DNA from: Spirochaetia bacterium
GTDB lineage: Bacteria > Spirochaetota > Spirochaetia > SZUA-6 > Bin103
DNA length: 64,000 nt
Assembly: GCA_965199955.1 (NCBI GenBank)
Contig: CBDATQ010000001.1
Coordinates: 160,001-224,000 of the forward strand
Direction of reading: 5' to 3'
The first letter of the stretch is position 1; every line of letters starts with the position of its first letter. The position numbers were made by a program, and so were the translations under genes. The notes under the pieces were generated by a model. The model made no database searches and was not told the DNA's origin. It worked only from the letters and a program-made list of their open reading frames with translations. Below are positions 21,745-31,274 of this stretch, piece after piece.

Positions 21745-22839
21745 GTGGCAAAGAGTTTTTCTCTCGCGATCTATCCGTGGGTGTACAGCGCCAAGTTCGA
21801 CGGGACGTGGCGCGAGGACTTCACCGAACAGCGGCATCTGCCCCCGGATGCCGAGGCGGCCCTGCCGGACGACGAGCGCGAACAGCTGTATCTGCACCGC
21901 AACCGGTTCGAGCAACTCCCCCTGGTCAACTTCACGACCCAGTACGGGCTGGCCTGCTTTGAGGGCCTCAAGGCCTTCCCGCAGCCGGACGGATCGCTGT
22001 CGCTGTTCCGGCCCTTCGACAACGGCTTGCGCATGGTGAGGTCGATGGAGGGGCTGCTCATGCCGCCCTACCCGGCCGACACGTTCGTCCGGGCCGTCCA
22101 GCAGGTCGTCGAGCGCAACCGGGAGCTCGGCTTCACGCCCGCCTATGACCCGGCGTGGGAAGGGGACGACTTCATCAGCGCGAGCTCGGTCTATATCCGC
22201 CCGTTCTCCTACGCGGAGTCCGGGATCGGCGTCGACCTGTCGCTGAATCCGTGGGTGATCATCATCAACACGACCGTCGGCTCGTACTTCAACCTGGACA
22301 GCGACGCCTCCACCACCACCACCCACCGGGTGCGCGCCACGCCCGGCGGCACCGGCTGGATCAAGTGCTCGGGCAACTACGTCATCAGCGCCCTGGCCAA
22401 GAAAGAGGCGGAGGCCGCAGGCTGCATGGAGGCGATCTTCCTGGACGCCGCCGAGCAGCGCTACCTGGAGGAAGGCTCCTCCTGCAACCTGTTCGCGGTG
22501 CTGTCGAGCGGCACGCTGGTGACGCCCACGTTGGGAGACACGATCCTGCCGGGCATCACGCGGCAGACGGTGATGACGCTTGCCGAGGAGCAGGGCATGA
22601 CGGTCGAGGAGCGCCGCGTGTCGGTGGAAGAGGTGCTCGACGACGCGGTGGAGTTCTTCGGGACCGGCACCGCCGCCGGCGTAGCGCACTTCGGCTCGCT
22701 GACACACGATGGCCGGACGGTCACCTTCGGCGACGGCAGGATCGGCCCGCGCGCGCGGCACTTCCTGCAGCAGCTCAAGGGCATCCAGTTCGGACGCCTG
22801 CAGGACCGGCACGGCTGGATGGTGCCGGCCGCGGCGTAG
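21745..22839 (+). CDS. ilvE: Branched-chain amino-acid aminotransferase (class IV)
   Basis: YGLACFEGLKA, KCSGNY, EEGSSCN, ILPGITR, GTGTAAGV. Confidence 0.9.
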   Translation: MAKSFSLAIYPWVYSAKFDGTWREDFTEQRHLPPDAEAALPDDEREQLYLHRNRFEQLPLVNFTTQYGLACFEGLKAFPQPDGSLSLFRPFDNGLRMVRSMEGLLMPPYPADTFVRAVQQVVERNRELGFTPAYDPAWEGDDFISASSVYIRPFSYAESGIGVDLSLNPWVIIINTTVGSYFNLDSDASTTTTHRVRATPGGTGWIKCSGNYVISALAKKEAEAAGCMEAIFLDAAEQRYLEEGSSCNLFAVLSSGTLVTPTLGDTILPGITRQTVMTLAEEQGMTVEERRVSVEEVLDDAVEFFGTGTAAGVAHFGSLTHDGRTVTFGDGRIGPRARHFLQQLKGIQFGRLQDRHGWMVPAAA

Positions 22840-22855
22840 GCGCCGCAGGCGCCGG

Positions 22856-24544
22856 TCAGCGGGCGGGGCGCACCGTCACGGTAGCGAGTCGGCCGGCCCG
22901 CATGCCGCCGGCTGCCTGCAGGGCGCTGTCCACCCGGTCGTACTGGCCGCGTATCGCCTCGGCGCCGGCTTCGAACCATGCGGCCGCCTCCAGCTCGCCC
23001 GGCATCCTGCCGCGGATGCGGGCGGGGACCAGCTCTCCGAAGTAGTAGCCCAGGTTCTGCCGGCGGTTGTGCGCGAGGTAGGCCTGGAACTCGTTGCGCA
23101 TCAGATCCTCCCAGGAGGCGTCGTACGCCAGGGCCGCCAGATAGGTCATCCATGCGTGCTGCGCCGGTTCGCCGATCGCCTGCCAGATCTCCGCTATCTC
23201 TTCACGGTAGCCGGCGCGGACGAAATACACGCCGTGCGCGGCCTCGTGGCGCAGAAGCAGCGCGCGCTGCGCCGGCGGGGACTGCTGGCTGATCGACAGC
23301 ACCGCGCCCGCCCCCGCGCCGGCCTGCCACGCGGCCGCCGACTGCCCGGCCGCGGCGCGGATCACCGCCTCCCGCACCAGGAAGTCGCGCAGCAGCAGCT
23401 CCCGGGCGTTGAGCTGGACCCCGGTTCGCTCGGCGTCCGTGAAGAAGCTGGCCACGTTCGCCGCGGTGTAGTCGTGGGCGTGGTACCCGTAGCGGTTGCC
23501 GAGATCCGCGTCGCTCCACACGGTGCCGCGGAAACCTGCCTTTTCCGTGTAGTAGGCAAGCCGCCGGAACATCTCGTCCTGGACGGCGTAGCTCGCGGTG
23601 TCGAAGATCAGCACCTCGGGGAGGGCGTTCCAGCGGAACACTTCCCAGTCGCCGCCGCGCCATGCACTGCGCGGATAGGCCAGGATCGTGTCCAGGTCCG
23701 CCGGCAGCGGCGCTGTGCCGGCCGCGGTCCGGCTGACCTGGAGGAAACGCACGGTGCCGCCGGCGTGGGAGAGCGCCTGCACCTCGACCGGCACGAACCC
23801 CAGCACCGCCTCGTGCACGTGGACGGAGCGCTCGCCGGCCGCCAGCGCCACGTGCACGGTCGCCCGCTGCCCCGCTGCGCCGGCGACCGCAAGCACCACC
23901 TCGCCGACGGCGCCGGCCGTCGACGGCCGGAAGGCCGACCGAACGACCAGCGCGTGGCCCGGATGCGGTGTCGTGCGGGGCGTACGCAGCCGGGCGGCCA
24001 GGTCGACCATGCCCCCCGCGTCCGCCAGCGTGCCGGGCGGAAGCTGGGCGTCGATGCCTACGTGCAGGACGCCGTCGAGCACGGTCAATCCGGAGACCGG
24101 CGGGGCGATGCCCGCGGCTTCGAGGTCGAGCGTACCAGCCGGCTCTTCCGTCCATACGCGGAATCCGCGCAGCGTACCTGCCGGTACCGGCAGGTACGCT
24201 CGGACCGGTGCTTCACCCCCGGCCGTGAGCGGATAGCGGACCAGCTCGCGGTCGTCGTCCGCCAGAAAGCTCACGTTCGCCTCGGCCAGCGTGGAGCGAT
24301 ACTGGAGGAAGAACACCTGGTCGGCGCCGACCGTCACCGGGGCGCGCGCGTGCAGGATGCCGGTGGCGGAAGCCCCCTCCGCAGCCGCGAGCCGGCCGTG
24401 GCGGCTGCCGTCGAAGGAGCTCACCCGCAGCACGCTCTGGCGCCCGTCCGCGGCGGTGAAGCCGGCGTCGACCGCTGCCGAGCACCCGAGCGCCAGGAGC
24501 ATCGCCGCCACCGCCGCGAAAGCGGCGGCGGCGTTCAGCCGCAC
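22856..24544 (-). CDS. Hypothetical lipoprotein with HExxH motif
   Basis: Signal peptide with lipobox LALGC; RHEAAHG and downstream NEFQAY. Confidence 0.7.
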   Translation of the reverse strand: MRLNAAAAFAAVAAMLLALGCSAAVDAGFTAADGRQSVLRVSSFDGSRHGRLAAAEGASATGILHARAPVTVGADQVFFLQYRSTLAEANVSFLADDDRELVRYPLTAGGEAPVRAYLPVPAGTLRGFRVWTEEPAGTLDLEAAGIAPPVSGLTVLDGVLHVGIDAQLPPGTLADAGGMVDLAARLRTPRTTPHPGHALVVRSAFRPSTAGAVGEVVLAVAGAAGQRATVHVALAAGERSVHVHEAVLGFVPVEVQALSHAGGTVRFLQVSRTAAGTAPLPADLDTILAYPRSAWRGGDWEVFRWNALPEVLIFDTASYAVQDEMFRRLAYYTEKAGFRGTVWSDADLGNRYGYHAHDYTAANVASFFTDAERTGVQLNARELLLRDFLVREAVIRAAAGQSAAAWQAGAGAGAVLSISQQSPPAQRALLLRHEAAHGVYFVRAGYREEIAEIWQAIGEPAQHAWMTYLAALAYDASWEDLMRNEFQAYLAHNRRQNLGYYFGELVPARIRGRMPGELEAAAWFEAGAEAIRGQYDRVDSALQAAGGMRAGRLATVTVRPAR

Positions 24545-25194
24545 GCTGCGGCCGGGACCCCCAGTCCCGGCTCCTCGAGGTGGCTCATGACGATCGGCCG
24601 CAGGGCATCGGCCACCCGTCCCGGAGCCAGCCGGTAACCCTGCTCGACAAGAGTCGTGCAGAACGCGGCGTGCGCGCGCTGCGCGCGGTAGTCCGGTTCC
24701 CGCGACGGGTGGCGCAGGTAGCGCCCGAACAGGGTCAGGTCGCAGCACACCAGCAGGCTGGACTGGTAGAACAGCACGGTGCGCCGCCGGAACAGCGACG
24801 CGCCCAGAATCTTGCGGCCGTCGATCGCCAGGTCGCAGATGCCCCGCGGACGCACGCCGCTCACGCCCAGCTCCGTGAGCGCCTCGGTCACCCAGGCGTT
24901 GATCCCGCACAGGTGCTCGCGGTTGCGGTACGGCGAGTCCACCGCGGCGACCAGCGCAAGCACGAGCTGCCCGGGCGTCAGGAGGACCGTGCCGCCTCCT
25001 CCACGGCGGCGCAGCAGCGGAATGCCGTCCCGCCGGGCGCGGACCCCGTACACGTCGGTCTGCTCGCGGCCGGCGGCGCCGAACACGATCGCGGGCTCGG
25101 CAGGTTCGTAGATCCGCCACGCGGGCCGGCCGGTGCGCTCCTGTTCGTCGAGGAGGGCGTCGTTGACCCCGGGTGCCGCCTGCTCAGGCGCCAT
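24535..25194 (-). CDS. Lipoate-protein ligase A / BPL-LplA catalytic-domain protein
   Basis: RRRGGGGTV, DL..DGRKILG, HPSREPDYR. Confidence 0.85.
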   Translation of the reverse strand: MAPEQAAPGVNDALLDEQERTGRPAWRIYEPAEPAIVFGAAGREQTDVYGVRARRDGIPLLRRRGGGGTVLLTPGQLVLALVAAVDSPYRNREHLCGINAWVTEALTELGVSGVRPRGICDLAIDGRKILGASLFRRRTVLFYQSSLLVCCDLTLFGRYLRHPSREPDYRAQRAHAAFCTTLVEQGYRLAPGRVADALRPIVMSHLEEPGLGVPAAACG

Positions 25195-26386
25195 AGCGGC
25201 ACCGCTTGCCCGCATAGCCGGTCGCGATGGGCAGCAGGGCGCTGGCGGGCACGATCCCCCATGCGCCGGAGGCGCACTCGCGTTCTCCGAACGAACGGGT
25301 CGTGTCGGGCCGTCCCGCGGCAGCTCGGATCAGGAACGGCACCGGGTGCTCGGTGTGGGTGCGCGCGACCGCCGGCGTGGAATGGTCGCCGGTGACGATC
25401 AGCACGTCGGGCTCGAGCGCCAGGATGGACGGCAGGACTGCATCCACCCGTTCGATCTCCGCCACCTTGCCGTCGAAGTCGCCGTCCTCGCCGGCCGAGT
25501 CGGTGTACTTGTGGTGCACGAAGAAGAAGCGGTGCGCGCCCGACCAGGCCGCGGACAGCGAGGTTACCTGTTCGTCCAGGTCAGGCAGGTCCTCGATCAC
25601 GTCCATGCCCACAAGGCGGCTGACCCCTTTGTAGTCGGGATAGACCGCGATCGCCACGCCGCGCATCGCGAACCGTTCGTGCAGCGGGGGCAGCGCGGGG
25701 CGCAGCGCGAAGCCGCGCAGCAGCAGATCGTTGGCGGGATGGCGGTCGGCCAGCCGTTCGCGCGCCTGCCGCAGGAACTCCGAGACCAGCCGGGCGGTCG
25801 GCTCGGCGGCCGGCTCCAGCGCGCTGGGCTCGAGCGGCGCTGCGCCGGTCCGTTGCGGGTCGGTGTCCGCGACCCGGTCGGAGAGCCCCGCCGCGCGCAG
25901 CACCACCATCGCCCGGTAGTCCTTCACCGGCCGGACGAACAGCTCGGCGCCCGCGAGCTCGATGCCGTCGAGCAACCGGCACAGCTCTGCGCAGACCTCC
26001 GTCGGGATGCGGCCTGCGCGGCGGTCGGTGATGAGGCCCGCGGCGTCGCTGGATGCGAAGTTGAGCCGCACGGCCACGTCGCCGTCCTGCAGCGGGAAGC
26101 CGATTCCCAGGGCGGCCACCACGCCGCGCCCCACCGGCACCTCCAGCGGATCGTACCCGAACAGCGCCAGGTGTCCCGGCGCCGAGCCGGGCGCCACCCC
26201 GTACCCGATCGGCAGGTGCAGCCCGCACTCCCCGGCCGCCGCCGCGGCGTCCAGGTTGGGCGTGTGGGCGCTCTCCAGCTCGGTGCGGCCGCCGGGCTCG
26301 CGCGGCAGACCGCCGAGGCCGTCGAGCACCAGCAGCACGATCCGCCGGCCGTTCTCCTGAGCCAGTCCTGCTATCCGCTGATCCAT
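25184..26386 (-). CDS. apgM: 2,3-bisphosphoglycerate-independent phosphoglycerate mutase (ApgM type)
   Basis: LDGLGG, T.LE.A.TPNLD, PGSAPGHLALFGYDP, TGDHSTP. Confidence 0.93.
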   Translation of the reverse strand: MDQRIAGLAQENGRRIVLLVLDGLGGLPREPGGRTELESAHTPNLDAAAAAGECGLHLPIGYGVAPGSAPGHLALFGYDPLEVPVGRGVVAALGIGFPLQDGDVAVRLNFASSDAAGLITDRRAGRIPTEVCAELCRLLDGIELAGAELFVRPVKDYRAMVVLRAAGLSDRVADTDPQRTGAAPLEPSALEPAAEPTARLVSEFLRQARERLADRHPANDLLLRGFALRPALPPLHERFAMRGVAIAVYPDYKGVSRLVGMDVIEDLPDLDEQVTSLSAAWSGAHRFFFVHHKYTDSAGEDGDFDGKVAEIERVDAVLPSILALEPDVLIVTGDHSTPAVARTHTEHPVPFLIRAAAGRPDTTRSFGERECASGAWGIVPASALLPIATGYAGKRCRYGA

Positions 26387-26411
26387 AAGCCAGTGTTGGC
26401 GGCCTGCACGA

Positions 26412-26485
26412 CGCGTCCAAGAGGATTCGAACCTCTGACCCGCAGCTTAGAAGGCTGCTGCTCTATCCTACTGAGCTATGGACGC
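26412..26485 (-). tRNA. tRNA-Arg (anticodon TCT)
   Basis: Acceptor GCGTCCA/TGGACGC, arm GCAGC-CT TCT AA-GCTGC, GGTTCGAATCC. Confidence 0.96.
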
Positions 26486-26500
26486 CCGTGGCCGGTCAGG

Positions 26501-26531
26501 GGAGTCTGTCCGACGGCCGTCCACGCGGCAA
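26501..26531 (-). promoter_or_regulatory. Putative tRNA-Arg promoter TTGCCG-N17-CAGACT
   Basis: -10 box ends 17 nt before the tRNA 5' end; same motif as alr and ilvC. Confidence 0.6.
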
Positions 26532-26549
26532 GTGACGACCGGCATTCGG

Positions 26550-26579
26550 TTGACGCTGCACGGGCGCACTCCGTACGCT
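26550..26579 (+). promoter_or_regulatory. Sigma70-type promoter TTGACG-N18-TACGCT for tRNA-Pro/glyA
   Basis: Near-consensus hexamers ending 29 nt before the tRNA. Confidence 0.55.
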
Positions 26580-26608
26580 GCGTGTCAGGCTTGTCGGGCG
26601 CACACCCG

Positions 26609-26681
26609 CGGGATGTAGCCTAGCGGCCAAGGCGCCTGCTTTGGGAGCAGGAGATCGGAGGTTCGAGTCCTCTCATCCCGA
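26609..26681 (+). tRNA. tRNA-Pro (anticodon TGG)
   Basis: CGGGATG/CATCCCG acceptor, CCTGC-TT TGG GA-GCAGG, GGTTCGAGTCC. Confidence 0.93.
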
Positions 26682-26695
26682 ACGATGTACTACAG

Positions 26696-28099
26696 ATGAA
26701 CACACTCCTCGATACCATGACCGCCCTCGCCGACCGGGTGGCCGGCAACAACCGGTGGCGGCAGCGCGAGTGCATCAACCTGATTCCGTCCGAGACCACG
26801 CCCAGCCTGCTGGTGAAAGCGTGCGAGGTAGCCGACGCCGCCGGCCGCTACGCCGAGCACCGCCGTCTCAAGGGCGAGGAGGTCTACTTCTACCAGGGCA
26901 CGGACTTCATCCAGGAGGTCGAGGAGGAGGTGCACGCCCAGGCGCAGCGCTTCTTCGGCTGCGACCGGGTGGAGGCGCGGCCGGTGTCGGGCCAGCTCGC
27001 CAACATCGTGGTGTTCGAAGCGTTGCTGCGCCTGAAGAACCGCGGCAACGACGGACCGATGCGGCGGCTGTCGTCGGTGATCAACAATGGGCTGATCCAG
27101 GGCGGACACCTGAGCGCCCAGGCGATGGGCGCGCTGTTCAACGCGGTGGACCGCGACGGCGGCGCCGAGCGCACCTGTCCGATCCCGGTGCGGGCCGACA
27201 ACCCGTACCTGGCCGATACCGAGGCCCTGCTGAAGCTGGTAGGCGAGCAGCGCCCGGACCTGGTGGTATTCGGCAAGAGCATGTTCCTGCATCCGGAGCC
27301 GGTGCGCGAGGTGGCCGAGCTTGCGGCCGGCCTGGACGAGCCGCCGCTGCTGATGTTCGACATGGCGCACGTCCTGGGGCTCTACGGCGCGTTCCAGGCG
27401 CCGCTGGCCGAGGGCGCGGCGGTCGTCACCGGCAGCACCCACAAGACCTTCTTCGGGCCGCAGCGCGGCGTGGTGCTGGGCTCGCGCGCAGCCCGTCCGC
27501 TGTGGCCGCACGTGCGCCACCGCGCCTGTCCCGGCACCACCAGCAATCACCACCTGGGGACGCTGGTCGGTTTCCTGGCGGCGCTCTACGAGATGAACGA
27601 CTGCAAGGACCACTACCAGCGTCACGTGATCGCCAACGCGCGTGCCTTCGCGCAGGCGCTGGCAGCCGCGGGCATCGCCGTGGAAGGGGGCGAGTCCGAG
27701 GGCTACACGCACACCCACCAGGTGATCATCCGCGTCGCGCCGGCGGTAGCCGGTGACGAGGCGGCCGCGCGCCTGGAGCGCAACCACATCATCACCAACT
27801 ACCAGGCGCTGCCGGACGACGCGAGCTTCGCGGTCGCGGGCGGGGTGAGGCTCGGCGTCCAGGAGATGACCCGCTACGGCATGCAGCCTTCCGACTTCGA
27901 GGCGGTCGCCGAGTTGATCGCGCGTGTGGTGCTGCGCGACGAGGACGTGCGCTCGGAGGCGATCGCGCTGCGAGGGCGCTTCCTGGACATGCGCTACTGC
28001 CTGCCGGCCGATCAGGCGATTCCGCTGGCCATGCGCATGCTGGAGCCGATGTTCCCGGCCGCCGCGGAGGCGGTCGGCCCGCTGTTCGGAGCCTCGTGA
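26696..28099 (+). CDS. glyA: Serine hydroxymethyltransferase
   Basis: INLIPSE, GGHLS, DMAHVLGL, GSTHKTFFGPQRG, GVRLGVQEMTR. Confidence 0.9.
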   Translation: MNTLLDTMTALADRVAGNNRWRQRECINLIPSETTPSLLVKACEVADAAGRYAEHRRLKGEEVYFYQGTDFIQEVEEEVHAQAQRFFGCDRVEARPVSGQLANIVVFEALLRLKNRGNDGPMRRLSSVINNGLIQGGHLSAQAMGALFNAVDRDGGAERTCPIPVRADNPYLADTEALLKLVGEQRPDLVVFGKSMFLHPEPVREVAELAAGLDEPPLLMFDMAHVLGLYGAFQAPLAEGAAVVTGSTHKTFFGPQRGVVLGSRAARPLWPHVRHRACPGTTSNHHLGTLVGFLAALYEMNDCKDHYQRHVIANARAFAQALAAAGIAVEGGESEGYTHTHQVIIRVAPAVAGDEAAARLERNHIITNYQALPDDASFAVAGGVRLGVQEMTRYGMQPSDFEAVAELIARVVLRDEDVRSEAIALRGRFLDMRYCLPADQAIPLAMRMLEPMFPAAAEAVGPLFGAS

Positions 28100-28689
28100 T
28101 GGCAGGTGAATCGAACACGGGCACGAACGGGGATGTCCCCACCCGCGCGGAGGCGTGGGACCTGGTGCAGCGCTACATCGATTCGCAGGCTTTGCGCAAT
28201 CACTGCCGGGCCGTGGAGGCGGTGATGCGGGCCGAGGCCGAGGCAGCGGGCGAAGACGCTGACGCGTGGGGCGTCATCGGGCTGGTGCACGACCTGGACT
28301 GGGAACGGTTCCCGGAGGAACACTGCCGCAAGACGGAGGCCATCCTCACCGGGGCGGGATGGCCGGCCGAATACATCCGCGCCGTGATGTCGCACGGCTG
28401 GCAGATCTGCACCGACGTGGAGCCCGTGAGCCTGCTGGAAAAGACCCTGTACGCGGTCGACGAGCTGACAGGCTTCGTCACCGCCTGCGCGCTGGTGCGC
28501 CCGTCGAAGAGCGTCCGCGACCTGGAGGTCAAGTCCGTGCGCAAGAAATGGAAGCAGAAGGGCTTTGCCGCCGGCGTCGACCGGGAGGTCATCGAGCGCG
28601 GCTGCGCGATGCTCGGCCGCGACCTCGACGACCTGATCGGCGCCGTCATCGCCGCCATGCGGCCGGTGGCGGCCGACATCGATCTGTGA
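28099..28689 (+). CDS. HD-superfamily hydrolase (HDIG-type)
   Basis: HC.AVEA.M, GLVHDLDWE, DELTGF, FAAGVDR. Confidence 0.88.
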   Translation: MAGESNTGTNGDVPTRAEAWDLVQRYIDSQALRNHCRAVEAVMRAEAEAAGEDADAWGVIGLVHDLDWERFPEEHCRKTEAILTGAGWPAEYIRAVMSHGWQICTDVEPVSLLEKTLYAVDELTGFVTACALVRPSKSVRDLEVKSVRKKWKQKGFAAGVDREVIERGCAMLGRDLDDLIGAVIAAMRPVAADIDL

Positions 28690-28728
28690 GGATCGACCGG
28701 TAAGCGGAGGACCTTGACGATGCCCGGA

Positions 28729-29139
28729 ATGAGCAAGGCGGACAAGGTGAGCAAGACCGACGCCGAGTGGCGCGGCGAACTGTCCGACGAGGAGTACCGG
28801 GTGACGCGTCGCAAGGGGACCGAAGCGCCGTTCACCGGGCGCTACTGGCGCAGCAAGGAGCCGGGCGTCTACCGCTGCCGCTGCTGCGGGAGTGCCCTGT
28901 TCGACTCCGCCACCAAGTTCGACTCCGGCACCGGATGGCCCAGCTTCACGACCCCGCGTGACGAAGAAGCGGTGCAGACGGAGGAGGACCGCTCGCTGTT
29001 CATGCGCCGTACCGAGGTGCACTGCGCGCGCTGCGACGCCCATCTCGGCCACGTGTTCGACGACGGCCCTGCGCCGACCGGCAAGCGCTACTGCATCAAC
29101 TCGGCGTCGCTTCGGCACGAGCCTGCCGATGCGCCTTGA
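28729..29139 (+). CDS. msrB: Peptide-methionine (R)-S-oxide reductase
   Basis: [35 protein letters not shown]. Confidence 0.97.
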   Translation: MSKADKVSKTDAEWRGELSDEEYRVTRRKGTEAPFTGRYWRSKEPGVYRCRCCGSALFDSATKFDSGTGWPSFTTPRDEEAVQTEEDRSLFMRRTEVHCARCDAHLGHVFDDGPAPTGKRYCINSASLRHEPADAP

Positions 29140-29176
29140 CAACGGAGGGAAACCGGGCTGAAGTTCTCCGTCCACT

Positions 29177-29250
29177 GGTGGGTGTAGTTCAATCGGTAGA
29201 GCGCCAGACTGTGGATCTGGATGTTGTGGGTTCAAGCCCCATCACCCACC
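29177..29250 (+). tRNA. tRNA-His (GTG) with G-1
   Basis: CCAGA-CT GTG GA-TCTGG; GTGGGTG/CACCCAC acceptor, C discriminator. Confidence 0.96.
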
Positions 29251-29266
29251 CGATGCCCTCAGGACT

Positions 29267-29340
29267 GCGCCCGTAGCTCAGATGGATAGAGCGACGGACT
29301 TCGAATCCGTAGGTCGCAGGTTCGAGTCCTGCCGGGCGTG
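29267..29340 (+). tRNA. tRNA-Arg (TCG)
   Basis: ACGGA-CT TCG AA-TCCGT; GCGCCCG/CGGGCGT acceptor. Confidence 0.96.
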
Positions 29341-29345
29341 GTAGC

Positions 29346-29418
29346 GGGCCGTTAGCTCAGTTGGTAGAGCAGCAGACTCTTAATCTGCGGGTCGAAGGTT
29401 CGAGTCCTTCACGGCTCA
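29346..29418 (+). tRNA. tRNA-Lys (CTT)
   Basis: GCAGA-CT CTT AA-TCTGC; canonical D and T arms. Confidence 0.96.
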
Positions 29419-29548
29419 GCGATCGTCTCCGCCCGCTCTTGAACGCGGGGCGGTGCTCGCCGTACACTGTGGCAGGCACACGGAGATGGCTGAAACGGCA
29501 GGGTGGTCGGTGTTCGACGGGGACAGCGGTCGCGGGCCGTTGGTGCCT

Positions 29549-29630
29549 GCGAGAGTGGTGGAACTGGCAGACACGCCAGATTTAGGATCTGGTGCCGCAA
29601 GGCATGAGGGTTCGAGTCCCTTCTCTCGCA
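29549..29630 (+). tRNA. tRNA-Leu (TAG)
   Basis: CCAGA-TT TAG GA-TCTGG, long variable arm TGCCGCAAGGCA. Confidence 0.96.
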
Positions 29631-29670
29631 CAGGTTCGATCAGAGGTGCTTCGACCGGTTTTGCCTCGAC

Positions 29671-29742
29671 GCGGGAATAGCTCAGTGGTAGAGCTCCACG
29701 TTGCCAACGTGGAAGTCGCGGGTTCAAATCCCGTTTCCCGCT
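29671..29742 (+). tRNA. tRNA-Gly (GCC)
   Basis: GCGGGAA/TTCCCGC acceptor; CCACG-TT GCC AA-CGTGG. Confidence 0.96.
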
Positions 29743-29827
29743 CTCTTTCGCTCATGGCGGCGCACCCTGTCAGTTTCGGACAGGTCGCCGTCCGCCGACC
29801 CCCAGAGCGCCGCTACCGGACTGACCC

Positions 29828-31177
29828 GTGATAGAGAAGCAGGACGAGCAACTCCAGGAGAACGCGGAGGTCAAGCTGTCGGTGACGGTCGCCGCCTCCG
29901 ACGTGCAACGCGTGTACGACGCCACGGTGGCAGAGCACTGTCGAACCGTGCGCATCAAGGGCTTTCGCAAGGGCAAGGTGCCGCGTGACGTCCTGATCCG
30001 CAAGGCGGGCGATGCCTTGCTCGCTGAGGCCGCCGAGCGCATCATCGGTGAGGCGGCCCAGGCAGCGCTGGAGGCCGCCGAGCATCCGCCGATCCGCTCC
30101 TCGCGCCCGCGGGTGGAGGCGGAAGAGCCGCTGGCGGTCGGCTCCGCGTTCCGCTTCGACCTGCTGTACGATACCAAGCCGGAGGTCAGCCTGGGCCGCT
30201 ACCGGGGCGTGGCCGTGACCCGTCCCCGCTTCCGCATCGAAGACGGTGACCTGCAGCGGGAGCTGGACGCCATCCGCGAGCAGAACGCCGTGATGGTGGA
30301 GAAGCAGTCCGACGTGGTCGAGAGCGGTGACGTGGTGGAGATCGACTACGTGGAGGTGGAGGACGGCCGCCCGGTCGCTTCCACCCGGCGCGAAGGGTTC
30401 GTGTTCGAGGTCGGCACCGGCTACAACCAGCACCGCATCGACGACGACCTGGTCGGCATGCGGGTCGACGATGAGCGCGACATCGACAAGACCTATCCCG
30501 ACGACTTCGAGGATGAGGCGCTCGCCGGCCGGTCGCTGGTGCTGCGGGTGCGCGTGCGCCGGCTGCGGGAGAAGCAGCTTCCGGAGCTCGACGACGAACT
30601 GGCGCAGGACGTCAGCGAGCGATTCGAGACCCTGGAGGATCTGAAGGCGGACATCCGCGAGCGCATCCGGAGCGACGGCGACCGGATCGTCCGTGAGCGG
30701 CTGATCTCCGCGATCATCACGGCCGTGGAGGAGGCTTCGGTGGTCCCCCTGCCGCGCTCCCTGGTGGACGCCGGCCTGGCCGCCGACTGGTCGGCCATGG
30801 TGTCGCGCTACGGCGGCAGCGAGCGCCGGGTGACCTTGGCGCTGGAGCGGTCCGGGACCGACCGCAACGCGCTCTTCGAGCAGTGGCGGCCGGCGGCCGA
30901 GCGCCGTACGCGCCTGATGCTGATCACGGACCGGCTGGCAGACGCCGAGGAGATAGCGGTCGCCGACGACGAGGTGGAGCAGGAGCTTGTGCGCCGCGCG
31001 CGCTCGCGCTCGATGGAGGTCGAAGAGCTGCGCGAGGCGTATGAGCGCAACGAGATGCTGCCGGCGCTGCGGGCCGATGTCCGCAACGAGAAGCTCTACG
31101 ACCGGCTGATCGAGCTCGCCGCGGTCAAGGAAGGCGAAGAGCTCTCCTATATGGACTTGGTATCCGGAAACAGCTAA
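29828..31177 (+). CDS. tig: Trigger factor
   Basis: GFRKGKVP signature, LPELDDELA; upstream of clpPX. Confidence 0.96.
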   Translation: MIEKQDEQLQENAEVKLSVTVAASDVQRVYDATVAEHCRTVRIKGFRKGKVPRDVLIRKAGDALLAEAAERIIGEAAQAALEAAEHPPIRSSRPRVEAEEPLAVGSAFRFDLLYDTKPEVSLGRYRGVAVTRPRFRIEDGDLQRELDAIREQNAVMVEKQSDVVESGDVVEIDYVEVEDGRPVASTRREGFVFEVGTGYNQHRIDDDLVGMRVDDERDIDKTYPDDFEDEALAGRSLVLRVRVRRLREKQLPELDDELAQDVSERFETLEDLKADIRERIRSDGDRIVRERLISAIITAVEEASVVPLPRSLVDAGLAADWSAMVSRYGGSERRVTLALERSGTDRNALFEQWRPAAERRTRLMLITDRLADAEEIAVADDEVEQELVRRARSRSMEVEELREAYERNEMLPALRADVRNEKLYDRLIELAAVKEGEELSYMDLVSGNS

Positions 31178-31223
31178 CTTTGAGGTGGCCGGCGGGGGAA
31201 TCCTTCCCGAGCCCGCGAACCAA

Positions 31224-31274
31224 CCATGCACCGACCACTCCCATGAGCCGACCAATGCCATGAACGAACAACTC
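31224..31274 (+). repeat. Three imperfect 17-bp tandem units creating two chained uORFs before clpP
   Basis: ccatgcaccgaccactc / ccatgagccgaccaatg / ccatgaacgaacaactc. Confidence 0.8.

Noticed and set aside
26412..29742. tRNAs as prophage or island attachment sites
   Set aside because: No integrase and no duplicated tRNA 3' ends seen in the window
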